Source of the DNA: Methanosarcinales archaeon
GTDB taxonomy: Archaea; Halobacteriota; Methanosarcinia; Methanosarcinales; Methanogasteraceae
Reading direction: 5' to 3'
Assembly (NCBI GenBank): GCA_021159385.1
Contig: JAGGRW010000200.1
Span: 1-39,736, forward strand
DNA length: 39,736 nt
Position 1 is the first letter of the stretch; each line of letters begins with the position of its first letter. Of this stretch, positions 38,532 through 39,736 are shown in pieces. The notes below the pieces were generated by a model. The model was not told the origin of the DNA and did no database searches. It saw only the letters and a program-made list of their open reading frames with translations. Made by a program: the position numbers and the translations under genes.

Positions 38532-39226
38532 ATGAAAGGAAAGAATATGATATTGCTGTCGGTTGCGGTACTTGCAATCGGGCTATTCGTGCCCCCGTAG
38601 ACGATGGCAATGTTCGTTGGACAGCACCAGTGGTTCAGCGTGAGAACTGCTGATGAGCAGTACATACTCTGTCAGCGATATCATGAGGGAGGTTGCTGAG
38701 TGGCAAGCCAATACTGGTGCCCACAGCACATACAGAGACGCATACACTGTTGAAGCTGGCTGCTTCTGCCACCAGATCAACGACACGCAACTGAGTGAGG
38801 AATGGAACCTCTCTAACGGAGAACTACGATTTCGTCCATTTCAATGCATCAGGTAACGTGACTGGTAAGGACAACTGGACATGGCGAACAAACCAGACCC
38901 CACATGCCGCGCTGAGCGTTCTATGTGTTGACTGCCACCAGAATGCAGCGGATCAGTTGAGCAATGAGAATTCTGCGCACAGAGAGTTCTATAACCAGAC
39001 GAGAAACGAACCAGAAGGCAGCAACAATACCGCATGTATGGCGTGCCATACGATGATCGGGCTCAACATCACGATGGAACGGATCAAGAGCGGTATCGAG
39101 CTAGTTGCGAACCACACCAACTACACGGCTGGCTGGACAGTGGAAGCATACGTGAACAACACCGAAAGGACGACCAACTATACGTACTGGGCGCCAGGTG
39201 AATCGCCACATAAGAATTCAAGTTGA
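38532..39226 (+). pseudogene. Secreted multiheme cytochrome c, disrupted
   Basis: Signal peptide, MFVGQH, CQRYH (degenerate), CFCH, CVDCH, CMACH. TAG at 38598; frameshifts near 38687 and 38812. Confidence 0.85.
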
Positions 39227-39253
39227 TCCTCATGGATCAACTTTTCTTTTTTT
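39221..39253 (+). terminator. Hairpin plus T-tract terminator
   Basis: AGTTGATCC-TCAT-GGATCAACT followed by a T-rich run. Confidence 0.75.
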
Positions 39254-39448
39254 ATTGTGCCCCGCATATTTAACCGATCATGGAGCCGGAGGCATCAGTC
39301 ATCGCACCGGTTTTGGACGAGTCGAACTGTTTTGAGGCGAGACTGATTCCAAAATCGCGGGATCAGAACGCGAAGGAGTTTCGTAACTACCCAATGTATG
39401 TTGATTGGTCCCTCGATCGCGATTCTATGCTTTCTGGCAAGAAAAATA

Positions 39449-39516
39449 ACCGCAGAGTTCGCAGAGGGGCGCGGAGTTTTTATCCTCCTCCGCGTTCCTC
39501 TGCGCCCTCCGCGGTC
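39449..39516. repeat. REP-like hairpin (ACCGCAGAGTTCGCAGAGGGGCGCGGAG...CTCCGCGTTCCTCTGCGCCCTCCGCGGT)
   Basis: Long imperfect inverted repeat built from ~9-bp CGC(A/G)GAG units. Confidence 0.75.
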
Positions 39517-39736
39517 AAATTCCCTGTTTGGTGCAGGCTGTGTCCCGGGTCAAGTAGTGCTGGTATAGGTGAAGTCTCACGATAGTGTTTTAGGTACCTG
39601 AATAGTACACGGGTCTTGGGACGAAATTCACGTACATCCCGCCAGTGTGGTACCACATCACCCATCACCTCCAGATATCCCACTCTTCGGATGTTGTGCC
39701 CCACAAGCTTAGAGCCGCGTCTCAGTCTCCTTCCGC
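39480..39736 (-). CDS. 3' end of an unidentified gene entering from the window edge
   Basis: Frame is open to the edge; the C-terminus runs into the REP-like hairpin. Confidence 0.4.
   Translation of the reverse strand, partial: GRRLRRGSKLVGHNIRRVGYLEVMGDVVPHWRDVREFRPKTRVLFRYLKHYRETSPIPALLDPGHSLHQTGNLTAEGAEERGGG

Noticed and set aside
38598-38600. In-frame TAG as a pyrrolysine codon
   Set aside because: It falls in the signal-peptide region and comes with two frameshifts and a damaged heme motif; decay is the simpler explanation.

Overview
Chromosomal window from a methanogen-lineage archaeon. Spt5, archaeal RecJ/AlaX/SecDF, dnaK, DUF3344/COG1361 surface proteins and a multiheme cytochrome remnant suggest Methanosarcinales, possibly ANME-2 (inference). 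Housekeeping genes (purM, alaX, recJ-like, secD, secF, prs, dnaK, FBPase/IMPase, thpR, spt5, thiC) are interspersed with accessory material. The standout is a ~9 kb minus-strand island (14868-23991). It holds a LolA-like lipoprotein gene, a translationally coupled tandem array of eight diverged DUF2178-like membrane-protein genes, XRE-HTH repressors with matching N8-spaced palindromic operators, an ABC exporter, and a ninth DUF2178-like gene with its own HTH, Yip1 and S-layer module. A chimeric HTH/lipoprotein scar shows the array arose by duplication of a whole module. Other features: a DUF3800 gene with a possible 3' structured RNA, an ECF S-component fused to an extracellular domain, two dispersed valS fragments sharing one frameshift, a MITE-like repeat pair, REP-like palindromes, a convergent PIN/antitoxin-like pair, a likely ATA start in thpR, and a pseudogenised multiheme cytochrome c. 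No tRNA, rRNA or CRISPR array was seen. All family calls come from motif recognition, not database searches.
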